Origin: Escherichia phage D6
Sequence record: NC_050154.1
DNA: 64,000 bases
Reading direction: 5' to 3' (one strand)
Positions 45,699 through 55,727 of the stretch are shown here, in pieces. The notes under the pieces are model-generated. The model was not told where the DNA came from. It was given only the letters and a program-made list of their open reading frames with translations, and made no database searches. A program made the position numbers and the translations under genes. Position 1 is the stretch's first letter. Each line of letters opens with the position of its first letter.

Positions 45699-45816
45699 GG
45701 TGTAAGATTTGCCCTCAATTAAATACGATCGGTGTAAGATTTGCCCTCAAAAGGTGTAAGATTTGCCCTCAAAAGGTGTAGTAATTGCCCTCAAAGTGAT
45801 GTAAAAATTGCCCTCA
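45699..45816 (+). repeat. Five direct ~20-bp iterons upstream of repA (origin / incC-like)
   Basis: ggtgtaagatttgccctcaa x3 then ggtgtagtaattgccctcaa and gatgtaaaaattgccctca, at ~22-bp spacing. Confidence 0.8.
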
Positions 45817-45840
45817 CCATTTGAAGGATCACACAGGGTT

Positions 45841-46596
45841 ATGAACAGAGCGGAATTAACAGCAAAAGCCGTCAGCCTGATTGAGTCAGCGACACCTATT
45901 AGTCGTAGTTTGGCACAAGCCAATGAGATCACGGAGGCTGCTTATCACCTGACTCGCGACCAAAAGCGACTGTTGTTTATTGTGGTGGGAAGACTTCGCT
46001 ATGCTTCTAAGGATGGCGTTCTTGGTTCAGGTGCCTGTGAGTTGACGGTCAACGAATATGCAGAGATGTATAATTTGCCCTCTGCTGAAGCCAGCAAGGA
46101 TATTCGTAAGGCCATTTCAGGTCTTAGCGAGAAGAAAGTTACGATATATAACCCTGATGAATCGACCGAATCAGAAGACAGTTATGAGTCTTATCCTTGG
46201 ATGATTAAGGATGCCTATTCACCACGGCGCGGGACTTACATTATTCATCTTAATCCATATCTCATGCCGTTTTTTACTCTGCTTGATAAGAGATTCACAA
46301 GGCTGAATTTTACCGAAGTATCTCGCCTTACAAATCCTTATTCTATGCGGCTTTATGAGTCCTTATGCCAGTACAGGAAGGATGATGGAAGCGGCTTTGC
46401 CATACTTGGCGTCGAATGGATGCGGGAGCGTTATGGGTTACCAAAAAGCTATCAGCGGTATGCCGAATTTAAGAGAAGTTTTTTAACGAAGGCTGTAGCA
46501 GAGATTGAAAAAAATACAAAAATGAAAATAGTCTTCTCAGAGGTGACGGAAGGCGGCAAAGTTACCAGGATAAAATTTACCTATCAGCAGTCTTAA
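45841..46596 (+). CDS. repA: Iteron-binding plasmid replication initiator (RepA-type)
   Basis: 251 aa from the first ATG (track ORF begins at an upstream TTG inside the last iteron); flanked by iterons on both sides as in the P1 R replicon, but different iteron sequence. Confidence 0.6.
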   Translation: MNRAELTAKAVSLIESATPISRSLAQANEITEAAYHLTRDQKRLLFIVVGRLRYASKDGVLGSGACELTVNEYAEMYNLPSAEASKDIRKAISGLSEKKVTIYNPDESTESEDSYESYPWMIKDAYSPRRGTYIIHLNPYLMPFFTLLDKRFTRLNFTEVSRLTNPYSMRLYESLCQYRKDDGSGFAILGVEWMRERYGLPKSYQRYAEFKRSFLTKAVAEIEKNTKMKIVFSEVTEGGKVTRIKFTYQQS

Positions 46597-46889
46597 GGGC
46601 AATTTTTACACCCTTCTCAAGGTGTAGAATTTGCCCTTAACGATCGGCAATTGAGGGCAATTTTTACATCTTAATTGCATGTATCTTGTTATTAGCAAGT
46701 TGTGTTTTTATATAACGTATTGATATATAAGGGTTATGTAAAAATCACCCTCAACCAATATCGTGCGTATCGTGCATTCTTATTGCGCTTTTTTATTATC
46801 ATTCACTGTGTTAACTGATTGATATTATTGAAATGTGTAAAGAATGCCTTCATTACAGATGAATTGATGATGTAAAAAATGCCCTCAAA
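46593..46889. repeat. Downstream iteron array in mixed orientation (incA-like copy-control locus)
   Basis: ttaagggcaatttttacaccc, ggtgtagaatttgcccttaa, ttgagggcaatttttacatc, tatgtaaaaatcaccctcaa, gatgtaaaaaatgccctcaa. Confidence 0.7.
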
Positions 46890-46977
46890 ATTGCGCTACC
46901 TTCCCTACCCGCTATCGTTGAGGGCGTGGGTGCTGACGGGAAATGAGCAACCCTCCAGCACACATAATTAAAGCGCT

Positions 46978-47685
46978 TCAGAATTTAATCACTCCACTCA
47001 CAGCTCCCTTTAACGCACTTGTAGCCATGCCTGCGGCACCGTTGACCAAAGCAGAAACACCTGAGCCTGCGGATGTGTATTTCTGGAAAGTGATTGGGTA
47101 TGACAAGAACTCTGACACCTGATCACGTGAGCGAGTGATTTCCCCAAGTTGTGTAGGAAATACGCGCATTTCTTCTTCCAGTTCTTTTCCGCCGTCCTGA
47201 GTTACCCGGTAGACACGGATTTTCATCAGATATTCCGGAGGAAGGTTTATTGTTCCATCAGGATTTGTTACACGAGAACGACGCTCTTTGAACCAGTCCA
47301 TGATCTTGCCATCTTCGGTATCCCTCACGGTCATAGTGACCGGTCCGGCGCTAACATAGGTTGGCTTGCTGAATTCTACGCTGCCGATCACCTTGCTTTC
47401 TGTCTCGATGTTCCCACTGCTGTAGGTGATATCCTTCACGAACATATCGAAGCCGTTCAGACCATCCACTTCAACGGTCCACTGCCACCCCTGGGCGTAA
47501 CGGATACGCATAGCGGCAGCAACAATATTTTTCCCGTAGGCAATATCGCTACTGTAATTCCCGCTTACCCCGCCGCCTGATATGGCTTTATCAAGAATGT
47601 CGCTAATGAGGTTGCTGGTGAATGATTTCGTGTTAAATGACAATGCGGTGGTCAACGTTCTACCAACGCTGCTGAAAATACTCAC
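46978..47685 (-). CDS. Hypothetical structural protein
   Basis: 235-aa ORF at the end of the head/sheath operon. Confidence 0.3.
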   Translation of the reverse strand: MSIFSSVGRTLTTALSFNTKSFTSNLISDILDKAISGGGVSGNYSSDIAYGKNIVAAAMRIRYAQGWQWTVEVDGLNGFDMFVKDITYSSGNIETESKVIGSVEFSKPTYVSAGPVTMTVRDTEDGKIMDWFKERRSRVTNPDGTINLPPEYLMKIRVYRVTQDGGKELEEEMRVFPTQLGEITRSRDQVSEFLSYPITFQKYTSAGSGVSALVNGAAGMATSALKGAVSGVIKF

Positions 47686-47700
47686 TCTGCGCCTCCAGCG

Positions 47701-48252
47701 TTAAAAAATGGTAGCCCCCGGAATAATGGCCCGGTTTGAGGACATTTTTTCCTCAATCTCCTGCACGCGGGCATATAGCGTGGCTTCATCGGGCAGATCG
47801 GAGTAGTCAAATTTCCCGTCGATGGATGCTCTACGCTGCCGGGCGACATTTCTTACGTTGATAAGCGCCTCCAGATATTCCTCCAGCATTCCAATGATTG
47901 CAGGAGGCACTTGCCATTCATCCAGCTTTCTGTCGCGTAGATTAACCAGATACAGCATTCGAAAAGGCCAGCGTTCTGAACCTGTTAGCTCTAATTCAAT
48001 AAAGCCGGATAATTCATCCGAATAGACCAACAGGCCGTTGTTGTCGGTAACATGAACCAGAGAGAGATAATCTTCTGGCAACGGGATTGCAGTACCACCA
48101 GCTCTTTCAAGTTTTAACGTTTTCACTACCCCTGCCCTGTCCTGATACGTGGTCAGAGCTTTGATCAGGAATGCTTTCAACGTTTCTTCTTCACGCACAA
48201 GCAGCGGATTAAATCGCTCTTTAACGCTTTCTAATAATTCAATTGGTGTCAT
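47701..48252 (-). CDS. Hypothetical structural protein
   Basis: 183-aa ORF. Confidence 0.3.
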   Translation of the reverse strand: MTPIELLESVKERFNPLLVREEETLKAFLIKALTTYQDRAGVVKTLKLERAGGTAIPLPEDYLSLVHVTDNNGLLVYSDELSGFIELELTGSERWPFRMLYLVNLRDRKLDEWQVPPAIIGMLEEYLEALINVRNVARQRRASIDGKFDYSDLPDEATLYARVQEIEEKMSSNRAIIPGATIF

Positions 48253-48306
48253 TGTTGCCTACAACTCAATAACAAGGATGTTCCCGCCACAAGGGCGGGA
48301 TAGGGA

Positions 48307-48798
48307 TTATTCCGCCCAGTTGTAAACAATGCGCAGGGAAGGTTTAACGACCGCCGTTACGTCTTCGGATGAGAAGTCCACGGCGTCGGAATACACTTTG
48401 CAATGAGAATATGTGCGGATCAGACCTTTATGGTTACCGCTATTCGATTCAGCCGCCGCCTGTAAGGTAATTTCCAGATATTCTTTTCCGTATACCATCT
48501 GTTTTACAGCGGCGAGAACTGCGCCTTCGATAGTTTCCGCGCATGTGACCTGAAATTCACCAGAGTTGCGTAATGGTCCGTGCTGGTTGAATTTCATGCC
48601 ACCAGGGGCGTAATCCTCCACATCTTCACGTGTCATTTCTGGTAACTGAGCTGTACGAACTAGTACAGACAGATGTTCGTAACCCTTAATGGTCATCCAA
48701 TATTCAGAACCAATAAGTTTTTCGCCTGCAGCCAGGTTTTTATTAAACCGGGATTTTAGAAAGGCCATATCGGCTTTTGTATTTGCAAAACCGGACAT
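48307..48798 (-). CDS. Hypothetical structural protein (possible tail tube)
   Basis: 163 aa; size and position downstream of the sheath-like gene. Confidence 0.3.
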   Translation of the reverse strand: MSGFANTKADMAFLKSRFNKNLAAGEKLIGSEYWMTIKGYEHLSVLVRTAQLPEMTREDVEDYAPGGMKFNQHGPLRNSGEFQVTCAETIEGAVLAAVKQMVYGKEYLEITLQAAAESNSGNHKGLIRTYSHCKVYSDAVDFSSEDVTAVVKPSLRIVYNWAE

Positions 48799-48806
48799 AA
48801 ATACTC

Positions 48807-49397
48807 CTACACAAAAACAGATGAGATATTGCTACGGTTGATCGATGTGTTACCGCTGCATTGCAGGGTTACCGTGTTATGAGTGAAATAGCCTTCCGGT
48901 GTGCGCGGGGCGTCCAGTTGGTAACTCACGCTTTTGATAACAACGTCGGTAAGGGCTATGTTCCTACCTATGTTTAACGTTACTGTCTCCGGGCGACGAC
49001 CGAATGGCGCTACATTGTTCAGTTCCGGCGATTCCATCTTCAGCAATGCTGTAATGGCTGCGTTCACTTCAAGTTGCGCATTCACTGTCGCCATGAAATC
49101 AATTACCAGATTAAATTCAGGCGGTTGCTGACCTTCCCAAACAAGCATTGAGTTGAAGAGGGTTTTTGTTGTTACGCCGGTTGCGGTCTGAAGCGTATCT
49201 GCAAGAGAGCCAGCCGCAGCGCTAATACCGCCAAGCAAACCTCCTACTGACTGGTTTTCAAATGGTGATTGCCACATTGATGACAGTTCTGCGGTAGATC
49301 CTTCACCGATATAACCGACGACCATATCCTCTGAAGAGAGGATATAAACCTTCATTAACGGACTTATTCCGTCAGGCATTATCGCGCCGCAAATCAA
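48807..49397 (-). CDS. Hypothetical structural protein
   Basis: 196-aa ORF. Confidence 0.3.
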   Translation of the reverse strand: MICGAIMPDGISPLMKVYILSSEDMVVGYIGEGSTAELSSMWQSPFENQSVGGLLGGISAAAGSLADTLQTATGVTTKTLFNSMLVWEGQQPPEFNLVIDFMATVNAQLEVNAAITALLKMESPELNNVAPFGRRPETVTLNIGRNIALTDVVIKSVSYQLDAPRTPEGYFTHNTVTLQCSGNTSINRSNISSVFV

Positions 49398-49446
49398 ACG
49401 CTATTTCTCCCAGGTAGAGGCCACCTTTGCAGGCGGCCTGTGTCAC

Positions 49447-50187
49447 TTACAAACCGCGTTTTTTGCGAATGCGCATTGATTTTTTGCGGTTGATATTCGC
49501 TACGGATGTATGTGCTTTGCGGCGTGCTTTTTTCAGCGCCTGTTTTTGCAATGACGTCATGCGGCGAGGACGCGGGCGTTTACGGATGATGGTAACCTTG
49601 CCATCACGAACCACTTTTTTACGTACCGCTTCCAGCATTGCGCTATCACCACCAGCAACGGTGTAAATGGCAATAGCTGTTTCCATCATGTCGGTGTCGC
49701 TTTCGGAAAGAGCGTCATAAACACGTTCGGCAGCTGAGTCATCTTCATCGTCGATCATTTCGGTTACATCGTCCTGATCAGCGCCAAGCGCAACAGCTGC
49801 ATCAGCAAGAGCTGCGAGAGCATCGTTATAAGCATCGATTTGCTCATCGGTGAAATCGGTGTCTTCATCGATATCAGCCAGGCCAGCCATAGTGATTGCT
49901 AATGCATCAAATGAGTCAGCCTCCGGATCACCATCTTCAACCCAACCAGCAAGCATGGAAGCTGCCAGGCTGCGCATATCACCTTGTGCACGGGATTCAA
50001 CCGCTTCCATCATCGCGGTTTCAATGTCGTCTTTGGGCTTTGGTTGAGTGTCCTTTCCTTTCTGTCCTGCGCTTTCCAGCATGGCGTTATCATTATTGTC
50101 CTGCGTGGATTTATCACCGCTTTCAAAGCAGCCAGAACCGAAAATCGCACGCATAAAAGGATCAGCAGTATAATTTTTCATATTCAA
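49447..50187 (-). CDS. Acidic protein with basic C-terminal tail (scaffold or internal-protein-like)
   Basis: 246 aa; Asp/Glu-rich body, RKRPRPRR and KKARRK C-terminus. Confidence 0.3.
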   Translation of the reverse strand: MNMKNYTADPFMRAIFGSGCFESGDKSTQDNNDNAMLESAGQKGKDTQPKPKDDIETAMMEAVESRAQGDMRSLAASMLAGWVEDGDPEADSFDALAITMAGLADIDEDTDFTDEQIDAYNDALAALADAAVALGADQDDVTEMIDDEDDSAAERVYDALSESDTDMMETAIAIYTVAGGDSAMLEAVRKKVVRDGKVTIIRKRPRPRRMTSLQKQALKKARRKAHTSVANINRKKSMRIRKKRGL

Positions 50188-50224
50188 ACCTCTCTCCCCC
50201 GCATCATTTAGCGGGGGTTATAAA

Positions 50225-51883
50225 TCAGCGCATCAGAATTGGCTTACCGACGATTCGGCGAGCTGTACCGGTCGGACAAACAGACCAGGACACTTCCCAC
50301 AGATCGATGTCCTTTTGGACAACCTGAACAACATATGGATCTTCACCCTGGGACTTGTCACGTGGAGTAACCAGCGCACCGGCTGCAACGTAACGGTCAA
50401 GCAATTCAGTCATTGCTTTCATTAGCGTTTCTTTGGTAATGCCATCCGGTTCGTGCTTAATCGCCTGAGCTACTTCATAGAAATCTCTGGCGATGGCGTT
50501 CATCAAGGAAGACACATGCTGGAATCGCAGATAGTTGTTTTTGCTGTAAGTTGTTAAAGAGTCGTCAATGTAAACGGACCCGTCAGCAGCAACTGAAACT
50601 GGATTAATGCGCGCAAGAACGAACGCTTCACGATCAACTGCACCGATATTTGGAATTCGGGCAATGTTCTGTCGATCAATAATCGCGCGTGATATACCTG
50701 CCGGTGCGTAATGCCAACCACCAACATCCGGTACCAGCGCCACTCCTTTTGCTTTCGCTACGAATGCGTCGCAGCTAATGCCATAGACGACATTCATTCC
50801 AGTGAAAGTATCTCGGCAGGAGAGCGGGAAGTAGTAACGGCTTGGTTGATGTGAGCCGCCAAAACTATGGCTTTTCGCTTCTGAAATAGCGTTTTCAGGT
50901 GTCTGGTTGCCCTTCAGGTCATAGAACATGTCTACGCGAACATCTTCAGCCAGCTTTTTGATTGCGGCTAAGGCGGATGCGTCATAACAACCCAGTGACA
51001 GCAATGCGGTGTAATTAACCTCTGAAGCTTCGAGAACCTTTAATGCTTCCAGATAGTCTTCAGTGTCAATTTCGGACAGATCTCCATCAGTACCACCTTC
51101 AAAAGCTACATCCTCAAAAATGAGTTGAGCAGCGGATGCTTCTGCATTATCTGCCAGTACGGCACCAATGCGAGTGGACTGGCTTTCAAGCAGTGTCGGA
51201 ATCCATGCTGGTTGGCCCATGTCGTTAGTGCCTTCTGGATTGAAAGACACTTGGTGGCTTTCCAGCACCTCAATGGACCCATCGGTTTGTTTTTCTTTCA
51301 GCGTCAGCGTAAAGAGTTCGCTTTCTTCATCATCGCGAGTTAGTGATAACGTGCGATTTTGAGATGCATCACCATCTTTGATGAAGAATAATGCCTTCTC
51401 TTCACCTTTAATCTGGGGCGTCTCTTTGGGTGTGAAGGACACTGATTGAGTCGTTGCAGTTGAAGCAACACCAACGCTTAATGTGTCACCTGGATTTACT
51501 GTGGTTTCAGTAGGTTCAACGGAAAGTTCTTTGCTCGCCTTTGCCGCTTTTGCTTTGCCCACAACGGAAACAGAAATACCCGGCACCTTCATGTCTTTAG
51601 CGCAAACTCGAACGACATATCCAGATCCGCCTTTTACTGCACGCTCCACGTGGCGATATGGTTCAAATGCCGCGCCCTGGCGAGGGTGAATCGGTGAACC
51701 TAATACGCTTTGATAAGTCGTATCGTCAACTTTCAGTACCTTACCCGGTGCGCCACGACGCGATATTACAAGCCCAGCAAAGACGGATGCGCCACCGCTG
51801 GTATTGGTGAGGGTAGCGTCAGCATTTACTGACATTACAGCAACGCCAGCTGCCTGCCCTACCGAAAAACTAATCTTATTCAT
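50225..51883 (-). CDS. Tail sheath-like protein
   Basis: 552 aa (~59 kDa); size and position as P1 gp22. Confidence 0.4.
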   Translation of the reverse strand: MNKISFSVGQAAGVAVMSVNADATLTNTSGGASVFAGLVISRRGAPGKVLKVDDTTYQSVLGSPIHPRQGAAFEPYRHVERAVKGGSGYVVRVCAKDMKVPGISVSVVGKAKAAKASKELSVEPTETTVNPGDTLSVGVASTATTQSVSFTPKETPQIKGEEKALFFIKDGDASQNRTLSLTRDDEESELFTLTLKEKQTDGSIEVLESHQVSFNPEGTNDMGQPAWIPTLLESQSTRIGAVLADNAEASAAQLIFEDVAFEGGTDGDLSEIDTEDYLEALKVLEASEVNYTALLSLGCYDASALAAIKKLAEDVRVDMFYDLKGNQTPENAISEAKSHSFGGSHQPSRYYFPLSCRDTFTGMNVVYGISCDAFVAKAKGVALVPDVGGWHYAPAGISRAIIDRQNIARIPNIGAVDREAFVLARINPVSVAADGSVYIDDSLTTYSKNNYLRFQHVSSLMNAIARDFYEVAQAIKHEPDGITKETLMKAMTELLDRYVAAGALVTPRDKSQGEDPYVVQVVQKDIDLWEVSWSVCPTGTARRIVGKPILMR

Positions 51884-51950
51884 GCTGGTTCTTATCCTCT
51901 AAAGCGAGAGAACGAGGCAAGGCTACCCACGGTTAATGGGCAGCCTCTGA

Positions 51951-52229
51951 TCAGGATTCGCTTACCGTGAAGTTGTCGCCTACGGTTACTTCTTTCGTAG
52001 TTGGTTCAACACTGACGGCGCTTACGCTTTTAGGTGCCTCCCTAACAGTGACTGTGCACTGTGCGGTTTTATTGCCGTCATTTGTTTTGATTGTCAGCAC
52101 TGCCTGCCCGGCCTTAAGAGCGGTACATGTAGTGCCATCAACCTGGACAATTTCAGGGTGATCTGACTCAACAGTGAAAGATTTGTCTGTTGCGTCAGAT
52201 GGCGTGATAGTTACTTGAATGTTTGCCAT
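51951..52229 (-). CDS. Ig-like (Big_2-type) domain protein
   Basis: 92 aa; TITPSDATDKSFTVESDHPEIVQVDGTT ... TVTV pattern typical of bacterial Ig-like folds. Confidence 0.35.
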   Translation of the reverse strand: MANIQVTITPSDATDKSFTVESDHPEIVQVDGTTCTALKAGQAVLTIKTNDGNKTAQCTVTVREAPKSVSAVSVEPTTKEVTVGDNFTVSES

Positions 52230-52376
52230 TCTTTTCTCCTGAACGCCCCTTATTCAGGGGCGTGTTTTTGCCTTACTTCTGCTTTGTTTTTTTCTGTGCC
52301 TTTGAAGTGTTCGCGGCGATAGTTTCACCTTCATCTACGTCAAGTGACGTTGGTGATACCGACACGTTCGCCACCA

Positions 52377-54074
52377 TCACTTTTTTTCGTTAACCTTGCC
52401 TGTCAGCATGTCGATAGCACCTTCTTTGGCACGAGTCAGACGCAGGCGGGTGAAGTAGTTTTCACCGTTGCGAGGATGTACTTCGTTGATGGCACTGCCC
52501 CAGAGAGTGGTACGGTTAACGAGAGACGGATTGGTTTCGTGCACGTAAGGGATTGCTGGGACTGCATCACCAGCAATCAGACCGGCTTTACCGATGCCTT
52601 CGCCACGCCCATAGAAGAAGATGTCATCCAGCCCGAAGTCATATCCCTGTGCCTGGAATTGCTCACAGACAGGTTGCGGCACTTCGTAAATACGAATCGT
52701 GCCAAACAGGGTGCCGATGTACTGTACATACGGCGACTGAACGTAACCTGGTGCGATCTGGAAGTGCTGTGGAGGCAGAGAGCGCAGGAAGTTCGCGGCG
52801 TCACCACCAGCAAAGCCGCCACGAATACCCGTTGTCAGGGTACGATTTGCCATTTCTTGAGACAGAGCGTTTACTACGTGACGCAGGAGGCCGACCCAGG
52901 ACTCATAGTTTTGAGCTTCCGGCAGAGCCACATCAAATTCACGACCATAAACGGTATGGAATACCAGGGTGCGCAGACGCATGATGTCGGTTTCATGGGA
53001 GATCCAGTTACGCATCGCGGAGAACTGAAGTGCCGCTAATTCAAGGCCGTGCTCACGGCTTAAATCGGATGCGGACATTACCGTGTGTTCGGAAGCAATT
53101 ACGTACTGGGACGGACGAACTTCGTACTTACGCATAGCCTGGTTGATCACCGGAATCAGGCTTGGATTGCGCTCGATGTTAATTTCGACCTGAACAGCAA
53201 TTTCAGTACCTTCTGGCGGAGCCTGGGTAAATGTAATGTCAATGACACCAGTGTCATAGGCAACTTTGGCAGTCGCTGAGAAAGCATTACCTTTGCTGTC
53301 TTTAGCATTGAAATAAAGGTTGCCATCGCCGTCGTCAACTTTGGACGGTTTGCGGTTGATCAGCAGTTTGTTATAACCAGCGCGAAGCGGGCAGGATTGT
53401 CCCTCAAAATTTTGGATGTCGAACTGGAAGGTTTTGGTGCTGCCATCCCCTTTAGTGGAAAGGGTATACAGGCGCTTCATTTGAGAATAAACACCAGCTG
53501 ACTGCATATTCAGTTCGTCACCTTGTTTGAAGGTGCCGAATTTTGTGCCTGCTACGTTGACCAGTTCATAAATATTTGACTCGTCACGATCACAAGGAAC
53601 AAAAGTACAGGCATCACTGGTAGCAGCGCCCAGAGAGGCAGGCAGAATTAGAGCAGCATATTGAGCAACTTTCATTACGCCGTCAGAGCTACGCATTGAT
53701 TGCGCGACAGACTCAAACATTGCCTTACCCGTGCCTTCATGGGTATCACTGGCACATTCAGTCATCAAGCGTTCAAGAGCCATGTGTGCGTTCGCCAGGA
53801 TGTCACTTGCCGGGTAATGACCATGTTGACGTTTATACTCATGCAGAGACATAGCCCACCCACCAGTGATCTGACGAGCGACCTCTGGATTTACGCCTTC
53901 AAACATAGGCACTTTCTGGATTGCTTTATCCAGGTTTTCCATCATTACTGCCTGGTCAGCAATCATGTTTCCTGCTGCATCGGTGGTCGGATCGACGGTC
54001 ATAGCCATGACGCTTGCCGCCCGATTCATAATCTCGCGCTCGCGATCACGAGCTGGCTGAATGTTTTTATTCAC
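52377..54074 (-). CDS. Major capsid-like protein
   Basis: 565 aa (~62 kDa), as for P1 gp23 precursor; first gene of the head/sheath operon. Confidence 0.4.
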   Translation of the reverse strand: MNKNIQPARDREREIMNRAASVMAMTVDPTTDAAGNMIADQAVMMENLDKAIQKVPMFEGVNPEVARQITGGWAMSLHEYKRQHGHYPASDILANAHMALERLMTECASDTHEGTGKAMFESVAQSMRSSDGVMKVAQYAALILPASLGAATSDACTFVPCDRDESNIYELVNVAGTKFGTFKQGDELNMQSAGVYSQMKRLYTLSTKGDGSTKTFQFDIQNFEGQSCPLRAGYNKLLINRKPSKVDDGDGNLYFNAKDSKGNAFSATAKVAYDTGVIDITFTQAPPEGTEIAVQVEINIERNPSLIPVINQAMRKYEVRPSQYVIASEHTVMSASDLSREHGLELAALQFSAMRNWISHETDIMRLRTLVFHTVYGREFDVALPEAQNYESWVGLLRHVVNALSQEMANRTLTTGIRGGFAGGDAANFLRSLPPQHFQIAPGYVQSPYVQYIGTLFGTIRIYEVPQPVCEQFQAQGYDFGLDDIFFYGRGEGIGKAGLIAGDAVPAIPYVHETNPSLVNRTTLWGSAINEVHPRNGENYFTRLRLTRAKEGAIDMLTGKVNEKK

Positions 54075-54207
54075 GGTTAAGCCCTAAATTCGGGCGCGGC
54101 GTGAAGGTTCTTTTGACGGGCTAACAATACCTACTTTGTGATTTAGTCAATAGGTTTAGTAAAATAAAATCTATTAACACTCATGTTGTTATGTGATTTA
54201 ATTTTGG

Positions 54208-54225
54208 TTTTCTAACACAAATCAT
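54208..54225 (+). promoter_or_regulatory. Operator-like motif (ttttctaacacaaatcat) 8 bp upstream of the 54233 start
   Basis: 18-bp identity with the site at 21267; preceded by gtgattta. Confidence 0.5.
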
Positions 54226-54232
54226 TAGAGTT

Positions 54233-54625
54233 ATGGCGTATCGAATCTTTGTTTCGTATAAAAATGGCGCTAAGAGCCACTCTCTGAACACAACAAGTCG
54301 CTTTCTTGTTGAGGCGCAGTTGGCATCAATTCTTGCCGAAAGTGAGATACTCTCGCTCGCTGAACGGATCGTTATCCAGTTTTCTGGTAGAGATATACTC
54401 AATGCCCCCGCCCTCACTCCGGCCTCCGAAGTTATGGAATCAATTAAATGGCCTGTATGCGGATGTCCTGCCAGGGTTGAAGAGCCGGTAACAGCAACGC
54501 TCTACATGCCGAAAGCAGTAAGAGATTGGCTTGCTATGGTTGGTAATGGGAAAGTCAGTGCTGGACTTCGCAAGTTAATTGAAATGGCAGATATTCCTGA
54601 GTTAAAAAATGCATGGCGACAATGA
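54233..54625 (+). CDS. Hypothetical protein, possible DNA-binding C-terminus
   Basis: 130 aa; ATG start; CGCP motif; C-terminal KAVRDWLAMVGNGKVSAGLRKLIEMA. Confidence 0.35.
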   Translation: MAYRIFVSYKNGAKSHSLNTTSRFLVEAQLASILAESEILSLAERIVIQFSGRDILNAPALTPASEVMESIKWPVCGCPARVEEPVTATLYMPKAVRDWLAMVGNGKVSAGLRKLIEMADIPELKNAWRQ

Positions 54626-54641
54626 GTAAACAAGGGACAAA

Positions 54642-55100
54642 ATGAGTCACGTTAACCCATCAAAAACACAATATCGCTTAATGCTGGCGATCGCGTCAGC
54701 TATACCAACCAGCCTGAATCCCCCGGCAGGCTATCCCGCTGTTGTTGATGATTGTTTTCAGTATTACGGAGAAGACATCCTGAGCCAGTCAAAAGCGCTC
54801 AAGCAGTTATGTAAGGCAGGTATTCTTCACTGTATCGGAGATCCGGACGATTTTGTTGTTATGCTGGCGGATCGTGACTCTTTTCTACTGTCCTGGAAAG
54901 CTGGTGCGCGCGAAGCACGTTTGGGGAATGGTATTGGTTACATAGACTATAGCGATTGTCCGCTGGCATTTGCTGGTGGATATATGCATTGGCATGAGCG
55001 AAATAGGGGCCGTCAGCGTCAGTATCGTTTGAGTGACTTTAACGTCTGTCACGGTTTCGAAGAAGCTGACAGCCAGGACATCTGGCTTCAGGAGCCTTGA
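54642..55100 (+). CDS. Hypothetical protein
   Basis: 152-aa ORF 17 bp downstream of the previous gene. Confidence 0.35.
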   Translation: MSHVNPSKTQYRLMLAIASAIPTSLNPPAGYPAVVDDCFQYYGEDILSQSKALKQLCKAGILHCIGDPDDFVVMLADRDSFLLSWKAGAREARLGNGIGYIDYSDCPLAFAGGYMHWHERNRGRQRQYRLSDFNVCHGFEEADSQDIWLQEP

Positions 55101-55420
55101 TCCCCCTTCCCTTCCCAAATCTCCCTGTTTCTTTGGTTATTCAGTGCGTTTCGTTGGTTGCATTCGTCGATCGTGCTGAATAACTGTTCAGCGTATGTCG
55201 GATACTTGTTTAACAGCACTGGCGTGTCTTCTGGCACTAAACAAGGGGAGTAATCAATCAGATTTGCCTGCGGCTTGCTGGTGGCTTCTACGGTAATTTT
55301 CACTGGCACGCTGGTTGATGGCTTTTGCCCGTTCCCGCTGCATCCTGATAACGTCATCAGGCACACGCACATCGTTAATCCCAGCACGGCGTAACGCATT
55401 TTCAAGGCGAGTGATTTCAT
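55088..55420 (-). CDS. Outer-membrane spanin lipoprotein (Rz1-like), overlapping the i-spanin gene out of frame
   Basis: Lipobox LSGC after a hydrophobic signal; Pro-rich mature region with Cys; RBS GAGAGGAAAG before ATG at 55420. Confidence 0.55.
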   Translation of the reverse strand: MKSLALKMRYAVLGLTMCVCLMTLSGCSGNGQKPSTSVPVKITVEATSKPQANLIDYSPCLVPEDTPVLLNKYPTYAEQLFSTIDECNQRNALNNQRNREIWEGKGDQGS

Positions 55421-55727
55421 TCTGGCTTTCCTCTCGTTGTTTGATTAGGTTGGCATTCAGTTCTGCTGTTTTGCGCTGGTACTCCTTTTCCAGTGCTTTA
55501 ATTCTTTCGTTTTCGGTCAGCATGGCTGAGCGAGCGTTCTCACTTAACTGTAATGCGGTAGAAAGCGTGTTGTTCGTGCTTTCCAGTTGTGATTTTGAGT
55601 CTTCAAGCGATCGGACATACCTGATGTGTTCGATAACTGCCGTCGTTGTTCGGTAAATTCCAGAAATGGCTAAAAGCGCAATTACAATCAAAATTATCTT
55701 TTTCAAAACCATCCTCTTCAGGTTCAT
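55254..55727 (-). CDS. Inner-membrane spanin (Rz-like)
   Basis: 157 aa; N-terminal TM helix followed by coiled-coil periplasmic domain; contains the Rz1-like frame. Confidence 0.55.
   Translation of the reverse strand: MNLKRMVLKKIILIVIALLAISGIYRTTTAVIEHIRYVRSLEDSKSQLESTNNTLSTALQLSENARSAMLTENERIKALEKEYQRKTAELNANLIKQREESQNEITRLENALRRAGINDVRVPDDVIRMQRERAKAINQRASENYRRSHQQAAGKSD

Noticed and set aside
45699-46889. Possible CRISPR array suggested by the direct repeats around repA
   Set aside because: Repeats are ~20 bp at ~22-bp spacing with no unique spacers of CRISPR length, flank a rep gene, and occur in both orientations; they are iterons.
52344-53039. 231-aa plus-strand ORF
   Set aside because: Antisense within the 565-aa capsid-like gene; no independent support.
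99-54225. Exact P1 C1 operator consensus (ATTGCTCTAATAAATTT)
   Set aside because: No convincing match was seen by eye; the recurring motif is related but distinct, so the sites are reported as operator-like for a divergent repressor rather than as P1 C1 operators.
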